DNA from: Lobosporangium transversale
Lineage: Eukaryota
Assembly (NCBI RefSeq): GCF_002105155.1
Contig: NW_019029022.1
Coordinates: forward strand, 248,001 to 312,000
Length of the DNA stretch: 64,000 nucleotides
Reading direction: 5' to 3'
The position numbers and the translations under genes were made by a program. Under the pieces are notes generated by a model. The model had not been told where the DNA came from. It worked only from the letters and a program-made list of their open reading frames with translations, and ran no database searches. Shown piece by piece: positions 30,552-48,879 of this stretch; within the stretch, counting starts at the first letter, position 1; the number at the start of each line of letters is the position of its first letter.

Positions 30552-32519
30552 CTATGGAATCCGCGACTTGAAAAGTGTATATCGGTCAATAGTATCAAGT
30601 CCAGGAACCACCCGTTTGTCGCCCCCTAATACATACGCGTCTCCATTTGCATGGCTTGCTCCTCTTCCATCCAGCAGATTAGATACCGCTGCATTTGCTG
30701 CTTTCTCTTCTAGCGCTGCGTTCGATTCACGGATCATCCGATCTGTCTGCCTCTCTGATTCCTCACGCGCCTCCATCGTCAGATATCGATGATGTGCAAA
30801 TCCAAGTAAATTGATTCCAATCAGCATCTTGAGCGCCACCAAACATGCATACGTCGCCAAACATACCAGTGTTACAAACGTGTAGTCCATCACTTTGCGG
30901 CCCAATTCTTGTGATATACCTACACGATGCGCCCACCCCACTATCATATGGACCAGTACATATGTACTTTGGCTCAGGGTTGCACCTGCGAACCTACAAA
31001 ATGAGGCGAAAGCCTCAACAATACCAGAAGATGCCACTGCAAATCCTGACGAAAAATCTATTGGAGGCATTGTCCAATGGAGGGTCATTTTTTCAAATGA
31101 CACTGCACTTGCTGTAACAGTCTCGGCCATAATGGCAGAAGCTGTATTCATGTCCCCTGAATGGTTCGAAAAGGCCATTTGTAGTGTCTGAGTGGTCACA
31201 CAAATGACCAGACACGCCAATGGTAACGATGCAAGTCCAATACGACGGGACACCATAGGAGATTGGTCAACAAACATCTGTTGTTGCTGTAGGCCATTAT
31301 AGTCCCAAATAAATATTTGTTAGTTTGTAACCAGTCTGTCAGTTATCCATTTAGTAAAAATATAAATAATGATAGTAATATAAAGGCATACGTTTTTGCG
31401 TCCCGCAAGGCGTGCAGGGCTGCCTACGACCAGATCTCTGCTTAGAATATCCACAAATCGACCATAGACACTAGGACGAATCTGATTGAATTTTGTGATG
31501 AAGGCATGCTTCAGCCAGTCGACTAGGGTCTCGCATCCCAAGACAAGGAAGCATGGAGTCAACAGACGTGCCATGGCTGTCATAGACGAAAAGAGTGGGA
31601 CAAAAGACTGAGGATACACTGAGAATGGAGAAGGAGGCGAGGCAGATAGTTCCACCAGGTTCCGGATAGTGATAATGGCTACAAAGACTGATAACTGAAA
31701 CCTTTCCACAATGTCTAAAAAACGGAAAAAAAGCTTAGCTTCTTACAAAAAAAAAAAAAAAAAAAGACCACAGGCTGCATCCTTACCGCTACAACTCAGT
31801 TGAAAAAGGTTCTCTTTTTCAAACTTTTTAAAGACACTGCCCTTGATTTCTACAAATTGATTACTAATCAGCAATGTCAGAAGTGCGTTTGAATACGAGT
31901 TGACAGCCACATTAAGCGTGACCATTTGGTAAAACAAGACCATCGTATGTGCCACTATTGAAAGCGGAAGGAAAAAGAAGAATTTAGTGTGCTAAAATCT
32001 TACCAAAGTGCTGTTTAACAAAAGCAAAAAACAAAAACGATAACGGATTTTGATCGGCTTACAGATGTAAAAAATCGCCAAAATAACAAAAGTTATCGGT
32101 CTTGCGTGCCTAGAGGCCGTGAGACTTGCTTTAGGAGGATGGTTGCCTAACGTTGCCTTAGAAAACAACGAATCCAAGATATCTTGACCAAACGAGCAAC
32201 AGAGCCGATCAAAGATCTATAAATTAATAAATATAAAGGAGATTAAGATAGTAATAATGTTAATAATAATAGAAAAAGGCCAATGACTTAGCGAACATCC
32301 CAATGAAAAGAAGTTAATATTAAGTTACCTCTAAACAGTTAAAGATAGCGTACAACTTCATAGCATTCTGGCCGCGAATAAAATGATATGTCCTTGAAGC
32401 GTCGACAGACTGAAGGATTGTGCATGCTACAACGACCAATGTCACCTTGATCAAATCGCACTTTTGTGACGATTTTAAACGGCTGAAAAAGTTTTCAGGA
32501 ACAAAAATCAATTGGTGTG

Positions 32520-32558
<39 letters not shown>

Positions 32559-33844
32559 CATTGCGAAAAGTAACTCAGACGTAGCTTACGTTCTTTCCAT
32601 GTTTTTTGAAAACCATGTTCTAGAGAAAATGTACCGGAAAAGCGCTGCTGTCGCAAGTAAGAACCTTGCTGGTAAAATCGTAAATGTATAAAGGAAAGAG
32701 TCCAAGCACACAAAATAACCAAATGTCAGCATCTAAAACATTTAGATACGTTACATGTGTGAGCAAGTCCATCTGTAGATTGTAAACTTTATAGTAAGCA
32801 AGTGTAATATTCCCATTCTCTCCATATATACCTTTTCGAATGCAATGGGAACACTGAGAAAGTTAGCCACTCGTTCTCGTTTCAATTCTTGTGTGGTTTC
32901 GAAATCCGCTGCGGTTAGCTCCTCCTTGAGATAGTCCCAAAGGGTAACTGTTGGGTGATTGGACGGCGATATTGACCCCAATAGATCCTTCAGCTTGATA
33001 TCATCTAACAATACTTATTTAGCGCATTGCGTAAGTATACCAAACCAGCAAAACGACATTTGACTTAAATTATATATATCTGCCATATACCTTGTGAGCT
33101 CTCCGGTCCATTGATCGTAGCCTCCGGTACCTTAAGTATCTGGGTTAGCTCATGTTCAAATACTTTAGTTGGACCAGTTGCCTTGGAAAGACTGGAACAT
33201 CCAGATTTGGACTTGATGTTATCTTTGTTACTCTCCATTGGATTTTGCGGACCATGTTCTTCCTGTTGTAATTTGATAAGTTGGATGTCCAAATTTTGAA
33301 GGAATTCACTTTGTCTAGGAGTGGCTGTTCCTTTGGCTACTTGAGAGATATCACTTTGTGGCAGCTCAGGTTTCTCATACAGGTTGTATTCTTCTTGAAA
33401 TTGATGAGCTTTTTGTTGTAGCGTTCTGTGCTGAGCAGGTTCACTCGTTTTATTGACCTGTCCAGCTTCAATCTGAAAGTTGTCTCGGCCCCGAGTCAAA
33501 GATAAGGATGAGTCCGCTATTGAAGCTTTACTATATGAGTATGGTGCTGCGTTGCGATGGCTGTAGTTGATATTATGGCTATTGGTGATAGACTGAGCAG
33601 AGGTGTATTCTTTTCTCTCGGTTAGAGCAGATGAGCGGGTGTCGACGCTGGAATGTTGTGGTGATGACGGTGTACTCTTGAACCCTGCTTTCCATGAATT
33701 CCTAGATTTCTTCTTGCCATGCTTTTTAGCAGGCCCATTGACATTGGATTGCTGTTGCTGTTGCTGTACGATTGGTGAGAAGGCTGGCATAGACATGATA
33801 CATTCTTTGTGCACAGAGAAACACTCAACACTCGCTTTTATCAT
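30552..33844 (-). CDS. TAPT1: TAPT1/Emp65/POD1 (DUF747) ER membrane protein
   Basis: Motifs RERVANFLSVP..FEK, FGYFVCLDSFLYTFTILP, YHFIRGQNAMKLYAIFNCLEIFDRLCCSFGQD, SNQFVEIKGSVFKKF, DWLKHAFITKFN and IDRYTLFKSRIP. The start could be the downstream Met (MSMPAF). Confidence 0.92.
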
Positions 33845-33868
33845 AAGTAATTAGCCCAATATAGCTTT

Positions 33869-33876
33869 GCACGTGA
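33869..33876. promoter_or_regulatory. E-box GCACGTGA in the 174-bp divergent TAPT1/PAN2 intergenic
   Basis: CACGTG core with one TCACGTG half, between head-to-head start codons 33844 and 34019. Confidence 0.45.
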
Positions 33877-34018
33877 TTTATGTTTGATTCGCGTTGTCAG
33901 ATAGCACAATGCATCTATGCATCTTTTTCTGCATGTTTGCTTCATCCTTTACACCAGGTCAAATCACTCTTGATATTTATACTAAAAAAAAAAAAAAAAA
34001 AAGTGCGGTAATAATAAT

Positions 34019-37000
34019 ATGGCCGATATTCCATTCCGGCCGCTCAACGTCATTCCTGGAATTGATCCAGCTACACCAGTAACTTGTGTGAAATTTGATC
34101 CTCACCATGAACTTGTCTGGACTGCAAATGAAAATGTAAAGTTATTGGGCTTATCAATGTTCAAAGTAGTGTCCCACTGGTTGTGTAATTGCGCGGATTC
34201 CAAGGTGTCCTAGTCCATTCATTTTTCTGACATTTGACATGCCTTCTAACACAATTATGAACAGGGATATGTTTCGTCATATTATGGATCTGGGCTACAG
34301 CGTTACTCCAGTTATAAGGCACACAAAGGGTCTGTTAGACAGATAATGATTTTAGATCGCGGTATCGTCTCAATTGCCAAGGATAGCATACATTTGTCAA
34401 ACAGACGTGGATTGGCCAGCTGGAACTTGACGCAAGTTTATTTCAATTTTTTTTATTTTCTTATTCTGTTTTGTCAACGAGTTGATTATGCTGCATGCTT
34501 TGGATCTCTAATTATTGGCGACATTTTTTCTTTTTTTTTTCTTTTTTTTTATCCGCATGTCCATTACAGCCGCTAATGATATCATACTTTCATTCTGGTG
34601 TAACTAATTACGAGTAGTGATGACGGGGCACGGGATTTGCATTCGATGGCTCTCATGGGTAATGCAGAAATTGTTGTAGCTGGTCAACAGGACAAAATTC
34701 TTACGATCAATATGATCCGAGGCACGATTACCAAGACGGTAAATTAAGTTTATGTTGAATCATTATACTATGGGACACTCATTTTACGTGATTGTCTTGA
34801 TACAAATCATATTCACAAAAGAAGCGTTGCTCGTCCTCTGCTAGGTCGATACAGAGTCTGAGATTGTTGTCATGAAGAAATCTAGGTTGCTAGTTTGCGG
34901 ATCGACTCGTGGCGATTTGATCTTACACGACCCGCGTACACTTGCAGTAGAACACCGAATACAGGCGCATACAGGAACAATCTCTGATCTAGATGTGTCT
35001 GGAAATCTTATTGTAACATGCGGATTCTCAGAGCGTCAAGGCACTTTAATTATTGACCCTTTAGTCAAGGTCTACGATATGAGAACAATGCGCTCGCTGG
35101 CTCCAATCCCTTTTCCAAATGGTCCTTCATTCCTCAAAATGCACCCGAAGCTTTCCACAACTGTATGCATTGCCTCACAAACAGGGCAGTTTCAAATGTG
35201 CGACGTCGGCAATTTTACAACTGGAATTCAATTCTACCAGGTTAGATTTGCTATATTGCTGTATAGGTAAATATTATGTATTAATTTGGGCGCTGATAGA
35301 TCTTCATCTGATTTTTTCAACCTAGATCAACACTGCGAGCTATGTCAACTGCTTCGATATATCATATAGTGGTGAACTTGTGGCACTTGGCGACGCTAGC
35401 AATGTTGTACACATTTGGGGCGATAAACAGGAGCCAAAAATGAATCATTTTTCTAGTCCTATTGATGCACCCACAATGCCTATGCCTCCGACAATTGCAG
35501 TGGGGGACAGCGACCCACTTTCTTCCATCGGGATGCCTTATTATCAGGAACAGTTACTGTCTGCATGGCCACCAAAGACAATATACCCTGTTGGAAGGAA
35601 ACCTCAGCCAATACCGTCATCGATTCTGGACAACATGAAGATGATTGACTTTGTGGGCTATGCACCCAACCCTGGACTCAGGCTTAGGAACCAAGCACCA
35701 TCACTTCCCAAAGTTAAACTTCGTGATACACCAAAGTTCCGAAGCGAACAACAGAAGGAGCTCTATTTCGGTAAAAGAAAAGGCTCGACAGCTGCTATGT
35801 TCGATCACGACAATGAGGAGGATGTTGACCTGGCAACCGGTATTGTCCCAAAATATTACAAACGCGTTGAGATCAAATACAGCAAATTTGGTGTTGAAGA
35901 CTTCGACTTTGGGTAAGTAAAATAGACATCTAAAATCTTTGTTCATGGCTATTATATCTAAAATCTCCTATGGGTCTAACAGTTTTTTCTATACTGATGG
36001 CTATACAATCAGTTTCTACAATAAGACCAAATTTGGCGGCTTGGAAACACATATTGCCAATTCATACTGCAATGCACTTTTACAAGTTTTGTTTTTCACG
36101 CCTTTACTGAGGACACTCGCCAAGGCCCATATTGGTCAGAGCTGTCCAAGGGAAAACTGCTTGACCTGCGAGTTAGGTTTCTTGTTCCGTATGCTTGAAG
36201 ACTCTAATGGTCAGAATTGTCAAGCAAGGAATTTCTTACGTGCATTTAGCACCATCCCGCAAGGTTAGAACAACTCAACCGCTTGAGTTTCTACCTCTTC
36301 ATATGACTGACCATGTCTCTCTTGCTCTTTATGCTCTGACCATCATCTCACCGCTTCCACATCTCTACTTGCCTCCTCCCTCTAAGCTTCGGCACTTGGC
36401 CTCTTTGAACCAGACGAGCCTGATACCAAGACCATGTACTCGTCTTTAATTCAAAACTTCAATCGCTTTGTATTGGAGCAGCTACATCAAGAATGTAGTT
36501 TAGACAGAGTTTCAGCCTCTGCAACGCTTAATCCTCTCCCCGTGTCAGCTCTATCACCAATTCAACAGATCTTCAGCATAAAGACATCAAGCACTAGTAT
36601 TTGTGGTCATTGCGGGCTCGAGGAGGAAAGGGTTACCTATCCTTTCGTGCTTGATTTGTTGTGGCCTAAACCAGTAGGTGTAAAGGCTTCTAATAAAGTT
36701 GGCTGCTGACAGGTTTTTAGAAATCGAGATAATACAAAACACTAACTTGATCGGCGCTACATCCATATGAGATAGGCAACTGCTTCGAATGCTCATCAGT
36801 CATCCAAGATACATCATCAAAAGACCAAAGAGATCCAACAGCCCATGTTATTTTCAGAAATCTTGAAGGCTTCCATCTGCCGCGAATCTCACAATCGAGT
36901 TTGGTGTTCTCAGTGCCAGCAATATCAGCCTACTACGAATAAGAAGACACTCCAGGATCTTCCATTGGTGCTCAGCATTAACACAGCTCTCAATCCTAAA

Positions 37001-37669
37001 GAACCTAACCCAGTTTCATGCGGTGTTTTCCTGGACGAAAATGGAAAGGGTTCACAATGGCTCCCTTTACGGTATGTAGAAGAACCTCTGTCGCCTATTC
37101 ATTGCAGTTAATATACTCTTCTTAGTGAAGCTTAATTATGAAGGCTAACTGCGCTTTGAGTTTTCTTTATAGGTTTACGGTGGGTGTGGATGATAGAGGC
37201 GTCCACGTATTTGAGAATACAACTGCGGATAGCTCAGAATTTTCTTTGTGTGCCGAATATGAATTGACTGTAAGTGGGTTTGATAATCTTGTAAATTAAA
37301 GATATTGTTTAACGAAATTACCTTAATGAATAATCGGATTTTTTTATTTTATTTTTATTTTTATTTTTATTTTATTTTTATTTTTACACTGTATTAGGCG
37401 GTAGTGAGTCAAGTTCAGCTTGCTAATGAAGTAGCGCATCTTGTATCGCACATCAAAGGTAAAAGTCATGCCTTTTCTTTTTTTTATTTTTATTTTTTTA
37501 TAATCGCTAAATTGTGAGAATATTCACATCGTTGAACATAGTGAACTCTGACAATGATCCCGAGCTCATGGAGCGATCGTCATGGTACATTTTTAATGAC
37601 TTCTTGGTCAAGAATGTTCAAGACGGTGAAGTATCGCAGTTCCCTAGTGCTTGGAAGGTAAAGGGTTTT

Positions 37670-37702
<33 letters not shown>

Positions 37703-38763
37703 CCTGTTAATACATTTAAACTCAACCCTCACTGCTTTCTGCACAGGCACCATCGATTTTTTATTACAATAAAGTCAGCGGTGGGGATCCACCTATTATT
37801 TCAGAGCCAGCCTCAGAGCTTGACACCAGCATTCTCCATGTTGATCTCTCTATCTCCAAGTAAGTTACGGGAAAAAAATGATCTGGAAAGTTTAGATATA
37901 TAAGACCCTAAATAATAATATTGTCTTCACTACAGATACCGTGATCCAAACTATGTCTTCTATCAGCTGCTGAGGCCTGAAGAGATCAAGCCTGGGCAAC
38001 CGATGCTAATTGCAATCGACACTGAGTTCGTTGCGCTAAGTCGAGTAAGTGGGATATATTCTTATTATTTATTTATTTCTTTAATACACAAAAATATTAA
38101 TTGCTTTTTTCATATGTTTCTGTAGGAAGAAACTGAGATTAGGAGTGATGGTACAAAATCTCTTCTTCGACCACCAAGAATGAGTCTTGCGCGAGTGTCT
38201 GTTCTTCGGGGAGACGAAGGGCCGCTTGAATACATGCCCTTCATAGATGATTATATTGCGACTTCAGAACCTGTAGTCGATTACCTTACCGAATTTTCTG
38301 GCATACAACGTAAAAAAACTCTCTTATGATTGAAGCTTAGAGTGTTGGTTTGAAGCGCCAATGCTTACTTATCATACATACACCTCTGTTCTGTCTATTT
38401 ACATGTACTGTGCAGCTGGTGACCTAGATCCTAATGTGTCAAAGCACACACTTGTGCCATTGAAAGTCGCATACAAGCGACTTCGTGTTTTGGTCGATAT
38501 GGGCTGCATATTTGTTGGACACGGCTTGAGACAAGACTTTCGTATAATCAGTATGTTATCTTATAACAAGAAATACCACCTTAAACAAGCAAGAAAATTA
38601 CTAATATTCATTCAACATTCTCGAACTTTTAATAGACATCCTTGTACCTCCAGAACAAGTCAAGGATACAGTAGATATTTTTCATATCAAGAACAGACAG
38701 AGGTATAGCAAGATGAGCTTTAATTGCTTCCTGCAGGGTTTAACTGAATGAAGATACTGAATC

Positions 38764-38795
<32 letters not shown>

Positions 38796-39690
38796 TAGAA
38801 AAATTTCATTACGTTTCTTGGTGTGGTATCTTCTTCATCAAGATATTCAGTCTGAAACACACAACTCCATTGAGGATGCCCGTACAGCCCTAGCGCTTTA
38901 TAAAAAACATTTAGAGCTAAAGGAAAGCGGTCTCTTTCAAGAAGTTTTGGAGGATATCTATAATGAAGGTCGTAAAACAAATTGGAAGCCCATTCCAGGA
39001 CAATTTCCAGCCCCCTGGCCTCGAAGCTCGACTCCAACATCTTCCTCTTATGCCACATTCCAGAATAATCCTTCACGGCCTGGAACACCAGCCACGCCAT
39101 CCCCACTTGGAGCAGGCCTTTCAGGGACATCAGGGGCACCAGCAGGGATAGTGATGAATCACCCAGCCTCTGTTAACAATAATACAATATCCACCCCTCC
39201 TCCGGGTTTGGCAGTGCAAGGTGTGTCTACTCGAATGTCTTTTCAGCCCCCCCATGGCCCAAGCTCAATTCAGCATCAATTTCAGCATCAATTTCAACAA
39301 CAACAGCTGCAGTTACAACAGCAACAACAACAGCAGCAGCTCCAACATGTAGTAACTCAGCAGCAAATGTATGCACAGCAGCAGCAGCAGCAGCAGCAGC
39401 AACAAAAACAACATCAACTTCAGTTCCATCTTCAACAGCAGCAGCAACAGCAGCTTCAGCAACAAGTTCAGCAACAACATCAACAACAACAGCAAAATTG
39501 GATGGGACATGGTTACAACTTCATGATACCAACACAAACAATGCATCAACAGACACCGGATGCACAAATGTATCAACACCAGCACCAACAGCAACAGTAT
39601 CAACAACAACATCAATCACACCAACAACAGCAGCAACAGCAGCAACAACATCAACATTTGATGCAGCAGCATCATTATACTCCACAATAA
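34019..39690 (+). CDS. PAN2: PAN2 poly(A) deadenylase catalytic subunit (WD40, pseudo-UCH, DEDD nuclease) with poly-Q tail
   Basis: Motifs [96 protein letters not shown] and HNSIEDART. Multi-exon; intron 34432-34617 is GC-AG. Confidence 0.95.
39271..39670 (+). repeat. CAG/CAA-rich imperfect trinucleotide repeat encoding poly-Gln/His
   Basis: Several Q8-Q10 runs in the PAN2 last exon. Confidence 0.9.
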
Positions 39691-39859
39691 CAGACTCTTT
39701 ACTATTTATTATTATTCTATTGGCAAATCAACTTCTTGTTCAAATAAAATAGATTTTTTTTTTTTTTTTTTTTTTTTTTACAGGGGAACTCATTTAATAA
39801 CTGGGCTTGCACAATGAACTGCATTATATTTTTTGGCATCAAGGCCCTTCAAGTCAGAC

Positions 39860-44241
<4,382 letters not shown>

Positions 44242-44504
44242 GACTGATCAGACTCAAAGGTGAGAAGATGTGTGGTTGGGAAACTGAAAAGTGAAAGTGG
44301 AGGCAATTGTTTTGATATCTAATCATGTGATAATTTATCGAACCTTTGGCACCATGGCCACATGTTTCTGTTGGCGTCTTCGCCAAAACTTCCTTGTACT
44401 TTCACTTTTTTCTTTCCTTCCTTTCCTTCCTTCCTTCCTCTACTTTCTTTACTTCCCTCTTTATATTCCTCTCTTTCTTTCTTCTCTCATGAGCATAAAT
44501 CACA

Positions 44505-44834
44505 ATGGGTTATGTCCCGTTATTTTGCTTGGTTGAGGGGGAGTCTATCTTCGATGCATTTTCTATCGAGGTTTACTGGGATACACCAAAAACAGTCTAT
44601 GACCTAAAAGAATCCACCCATTCGAAATGCCTTAAGACCTTCGGAGGAATGGAAGCAAAGTAGCTTTCACTCTGGCGCGTTTCACTACCACTTATAGAAA
44701 AAAATCGCAGTGCGGTGATACTCGACTCCATCGAAGACAAAGAGGGGCTTCTCTCTTTTACTCAACTCAAGGGAATAAATCATCAAAGAATACAATCCAC
44801 ATCATAGTGCAACGACTGCCATCAGAGTACCGGC
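44505..44834 (+). pseudogene. Crinkler (CRN) effector N-terminal ubiquitin-like header, pseudogenised
   Basis: MGYVPLFCLVEGESIFDAFSIEV..TPKTVYDLKE...EAK*LSLWRVSLP...(frameshift)KNTIHIIVQRLP carries the LFCLV.GE, V.DLK, L.LWRVS and IHIIVQ hallmarks of fungal CRN headers. In-frame TAG at 44661-44663, followed by a GT-AG intron 44835-44906. Confidence 0.8.
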
Positions 44835-45217
44835 GTAAGTAAATCTTCTCTCTTGTTGTGATAAAAAAAAATAATAAAATAATTACTAATGACTTCTCTC
44901 AAATAGGTTAACAGTATCTCGACTCTTCTAGGCCGTTTTGCTGACTCGCAACATATTTACCTCTAATCTAGACTCTTCAGAGGCTTTTGGTACCCAGTTT
45001 ATTTATTGCATCACCTGTCCCTGCAAGTAATATGGGAATTAACGCTATGACTATATGACTATATAATCCATTCTGGAGCCTTTGAGGCTTACTTTTGAGA
45101 AGAAAACAAACATAAGAGTTTAAGGAGGAATGATCTACGCATTGTCCTACAAATTGAGTGATGGCATCAAAAAAATCTTCATTTTGTAATTTTAAGTTTT
45201 CCGCTCGGCGAATTTAT

Positions 45218-47085
45218 TTACGGTGTGCCACCTTTACTACCGCGTCCTTTAGGACCTGAGGGTAAATCAAGTACACCCATCTTAGTTTTCAATAATTCAC
45301 TTACAACTACAGGGTTGGCTCGCCCTTGACTCTGCTTCATGATCTGGCTGATGAAGAAGCCAATAATGCCAGCATTCCCGTTTTTTATCGCCTTCACTTT
45401 GTCGGGATATTTTGAAAGGATAGTATCGCACAACTTCTCTAACTCATCTCGGCCGCTCATTTGTCTCCAACCCCTTTCTTCTGCAATCGCAAGGGCATCT
45501 CTTGAATCACCTTCGACCATCAGGTCCAAAACCGTCTTACCAATCTTAGCTGAGATGATTCCTTGATCGATACAGTCTACAAGCGAGCCCAATTGTGAGG
45601 CTTTAACAACATTATCACTGAAGCTGATGTCACGCGTATGCAGTCTCCCCAGAAGTTCATGGATTATCCTATCATTGGCATGTTTTGATATTAGTTTACC
45701 TCAAACAAGTATATCAGACTATTCACAAAGTAGGAAAATAATAATAATAATAATAATAAAAAAGATTGATTTCTCCAAAGTAATTCTCCTTTACCAGCGG
45801 ACAACACTCTTGGTATTGCGTCCTGAAGCAACAATACTTTCAAAATACTCGACCATTCTATCCTCACCCATCAAAGTGCGTGCCTCAATCGTTCCAAGTT
45901 GGTATTGATGCATGATCCTATCCCTTCGAGCATCCGGTAATTCTGGTAAGTTCTCCTTCAATGCTTGTATTGTATCGTGACTGAGAACAAGCCGAGGTAG
46001 ATCAGGCTCAGGCATATACCGATAGTCAGGTGCTGATTCCTTGCTACGGATCCTAAATGTCTCGCCCGTCGACGCATTAAATCCACGAGTTTCCTGGGAA
46101 ACAGGAAAATTAGATTCATAACATGAAATCTGACGATTGATTTCTGCATCTAAAAATTTAAATGGGACTGATAAGAACCCCCTGCTACTTGATAGTGAAT
46201 CCGGCAAACAGATTTCTTCTTTAAAGAGCGAGAGTATTACCGATGGCATCACTGACTAATTTGATACTGTTCAAATTTTTGATTTCACATCTCGCGCCAT
46301 ATGGCTTCCCTATTTCATGAACAGAAACATTCACATCGCATCGCATCGATCCCTGGATAGGATTATATGGGAGGGAATAAAAAATCAGATAGAATAGTCA
46401 GATCAACCTGTTATGAATTTTTTTTCGTTTTTTTTTTGATACCTAGAATATCCATTTACCTCATCCATATTCGCATCAGAACTATTTACTGCGCGCAAAA
46501 GTGCCTGTAATTTTTTGATGAGGATTCCAGCCTCCTTTGATGAGCGTAAATGAGGTTTTGTAACTATTTCCATTAATCCTGCACCCGCTCTGTTAAGGTC
46601 CAGGAGTGTCAAGCCTGGGTAAATGTCGTGAAGTGATTTACCAGTATCTTGTTCGAGTTGAACCTGCTCAATGCCAACGACAAGTGTGTAATCTAAACCA
46701 TCGAGTGGTGAAATAACTATTTTTCCATTCTGCGCCAATGGTTCTAAAGTCAATGTAACGACGATGATAATAAAAAAAGAAAAAGGATAAGTCTATAATA
46801 GTTAAGGGTTTACGGTTCGGAAGCATTATAATAATAGTAATAGTAAGCATGCTCTTATGCTGTTGAGAAAAGGAAGGAGAGACGTTACCGTAATGTTGTG
46901 TGATCTGGTACCCTTGAGGTAGATCTGGATAAAAGTAGTGCTTTCGGTCAAAAGATGAAACTGGATAAACATGTGCATCCAGTGCTAAGGATGTTTTGAC
47001 AGCCAAATCAACACATTCTTGGCTCAATTGCTACTCATATCGGTAAAGGGATGTGAGATTTTTTGTTTGATAAATCGGTACCCTG

Positions 47086-47117
<32 letters not shown>

Positions 47118-47481
47118 CACTTACAGGGAGAGTGCCAGGGTAGGCGGCGTCGATTAACGAAACATTTGTATTGGTATTTGCGAGGAAGGAAGTTTTTGAA
47201 TTCGAAAACAGTTTTGTGGATGACTTAATCTGTGCATGAATTTCTAAACCAATGATCGGCTCCCAGCGGCCCTTTATGATGTTTCTATTTGGTTGTGTCC
47301 ATTCGTGAACGATTGGTGAAGTGGGTGTTATAGTAGATAAACATCTTGGTGTGGCTCGACCCTGATAAAGTGTTGAAGTCCAGAATCTGGATGAGGCCGT
47401 CCATAAACCTATAGGCCTTGCTGCTGTTTTCACTCCCACTATCCTAGACACTGCTAGGTATTGTGAATGCATGCTGATCAT
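45218..47481 (-). CDS. PET112: Mitochondrial Glu-tRNA(Gln) amidotransferase subunit B
   Basis: Presequence-like N-terminus. [71 protein letters not shown], and [17 protein letters not shown] in the C-terminal domain. Confidence 0.96.
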
Positions 47482-47631
47482 TCTTTATGCGGGATTCAGC
47501 GAATTGTTCAGTTGCGAGAAAGATAAAGAAAGGCGTAACACAAATTTTTCAAAAAGGTCTCAGAACAGCAAACCTTGTCACCTCTTTATTTTCTGCCATT
47601 ACACTTACCAACATCAACCTAGCCCATTGAC

Positions 47632-48847
47632 ATGTCTGCAAAAGACCTAGCCATCAGCACCACTCAGTCAGCGCCCGCTGACGCTGAGGGCGAAGAGCCC
47701 TCTCAAGCAATGCCTCTCTCGCCAGCATCAGTCAGAAGTTACCAAAAGAAAAAGTTGAGTAAAGGTCGTGGAGAGCCTTCAAAAGAACCAGACCTTTTCT
47801 CTGAAGAGGAATCGGACTCAGGAAGTGACGATAAATTTCAAGAGAGCGATAAAAAAGCTGAAGACGACGAAGATGAAGATCATTTTAAACATTTGGATCC
47901 ACGGCTAGAAGCACTCGATGGTACTATAAAATTAAAGTCTGCTTCAGAGAAGAAGAAGGACAAGGAGCAGGACAATGATGACGATGAGGAGCAGGAGGAT
48001 GACTCGATTGAAGACGACGACAGTGAAACTACGGCATCATCCAATCCACTAGCGCAAGGCATGGCCAATATGGAGCTTGGCGGTGCCACCACCGCTTCTA
48101 CTGTATCTGGAACACCAGTATCTCAGTCCCAACCTAAAATATCGCAAAGTAACATGGAAGAAGGAAGCGAAGCCAACCAGGATTCAATGAGCACTGGAAC
48201 AGATACAATCGCCTCCGCTGACTCTATAACACCATCTCAGCTAGAACGTCTACAAGAGCCTATTAAACCGCACATTGCACTTCCATGTCTTGTCGAGACT
48301 GCCAAGAACCCAGCTCGGACACGCATTACACTCAAATATGCTGGGAAGGACCATGGGACTGATAGTAACTCTATCATGGAAGAACAAGATCAGAAGAGGT
48401 CTACTCGTGGTCGTAAAAATTACATGGTGGCCACGGATCTATCAGGAGAGAGCTGGCATGCTACTGAGTGGACTATCACAACTATTCTTCGTAACGGAGA
48501 CGAAATGAACGTTGTCACCATTGTAGAAGACGAGAAGAATGGTAAATAGAAACAAGCTATTATCAATAGTTTTACAAGGAACTTTGTGCTCCATGAAAAA
48601 ACGATGCTCATTTTTTTCTTTTATCGTTCATTTATTCGTTTATAGACAACAACAAAGGTGTCAAGAAGGGAATTCAAATAGAGATGCGCGAGGATGCTGA
48701 AAAGCTGACAAAGAATATTCATGAGCAGCTGGAACACACTTGCTTACGAGACATTACAGTAGTTATCCATATTGTTGCGGCAACTAAGTCAATGGGAGCT
48801 AAGGAGCTATTGATTGAAATGGTAATGGAGAAGTTGATACCATATTA

Positions 48848-48879
<32 letters not shown>

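Noticed and set aside
38858..38882. PAN2 HNSIEDA versus the more usual HDSIEDA as possible nuclease inactivation
   Set aside because: The DEDD acidic residues (DTE, QD, ED) and the His are all retained; the changed position is not one of them.
39313..39752. Poly-Leu (minus) and poly-Thr/Ala (shifted) ORFs
   Set aside because: They are alternative-frame readings of the PAN2 CAG/CAA repeat.
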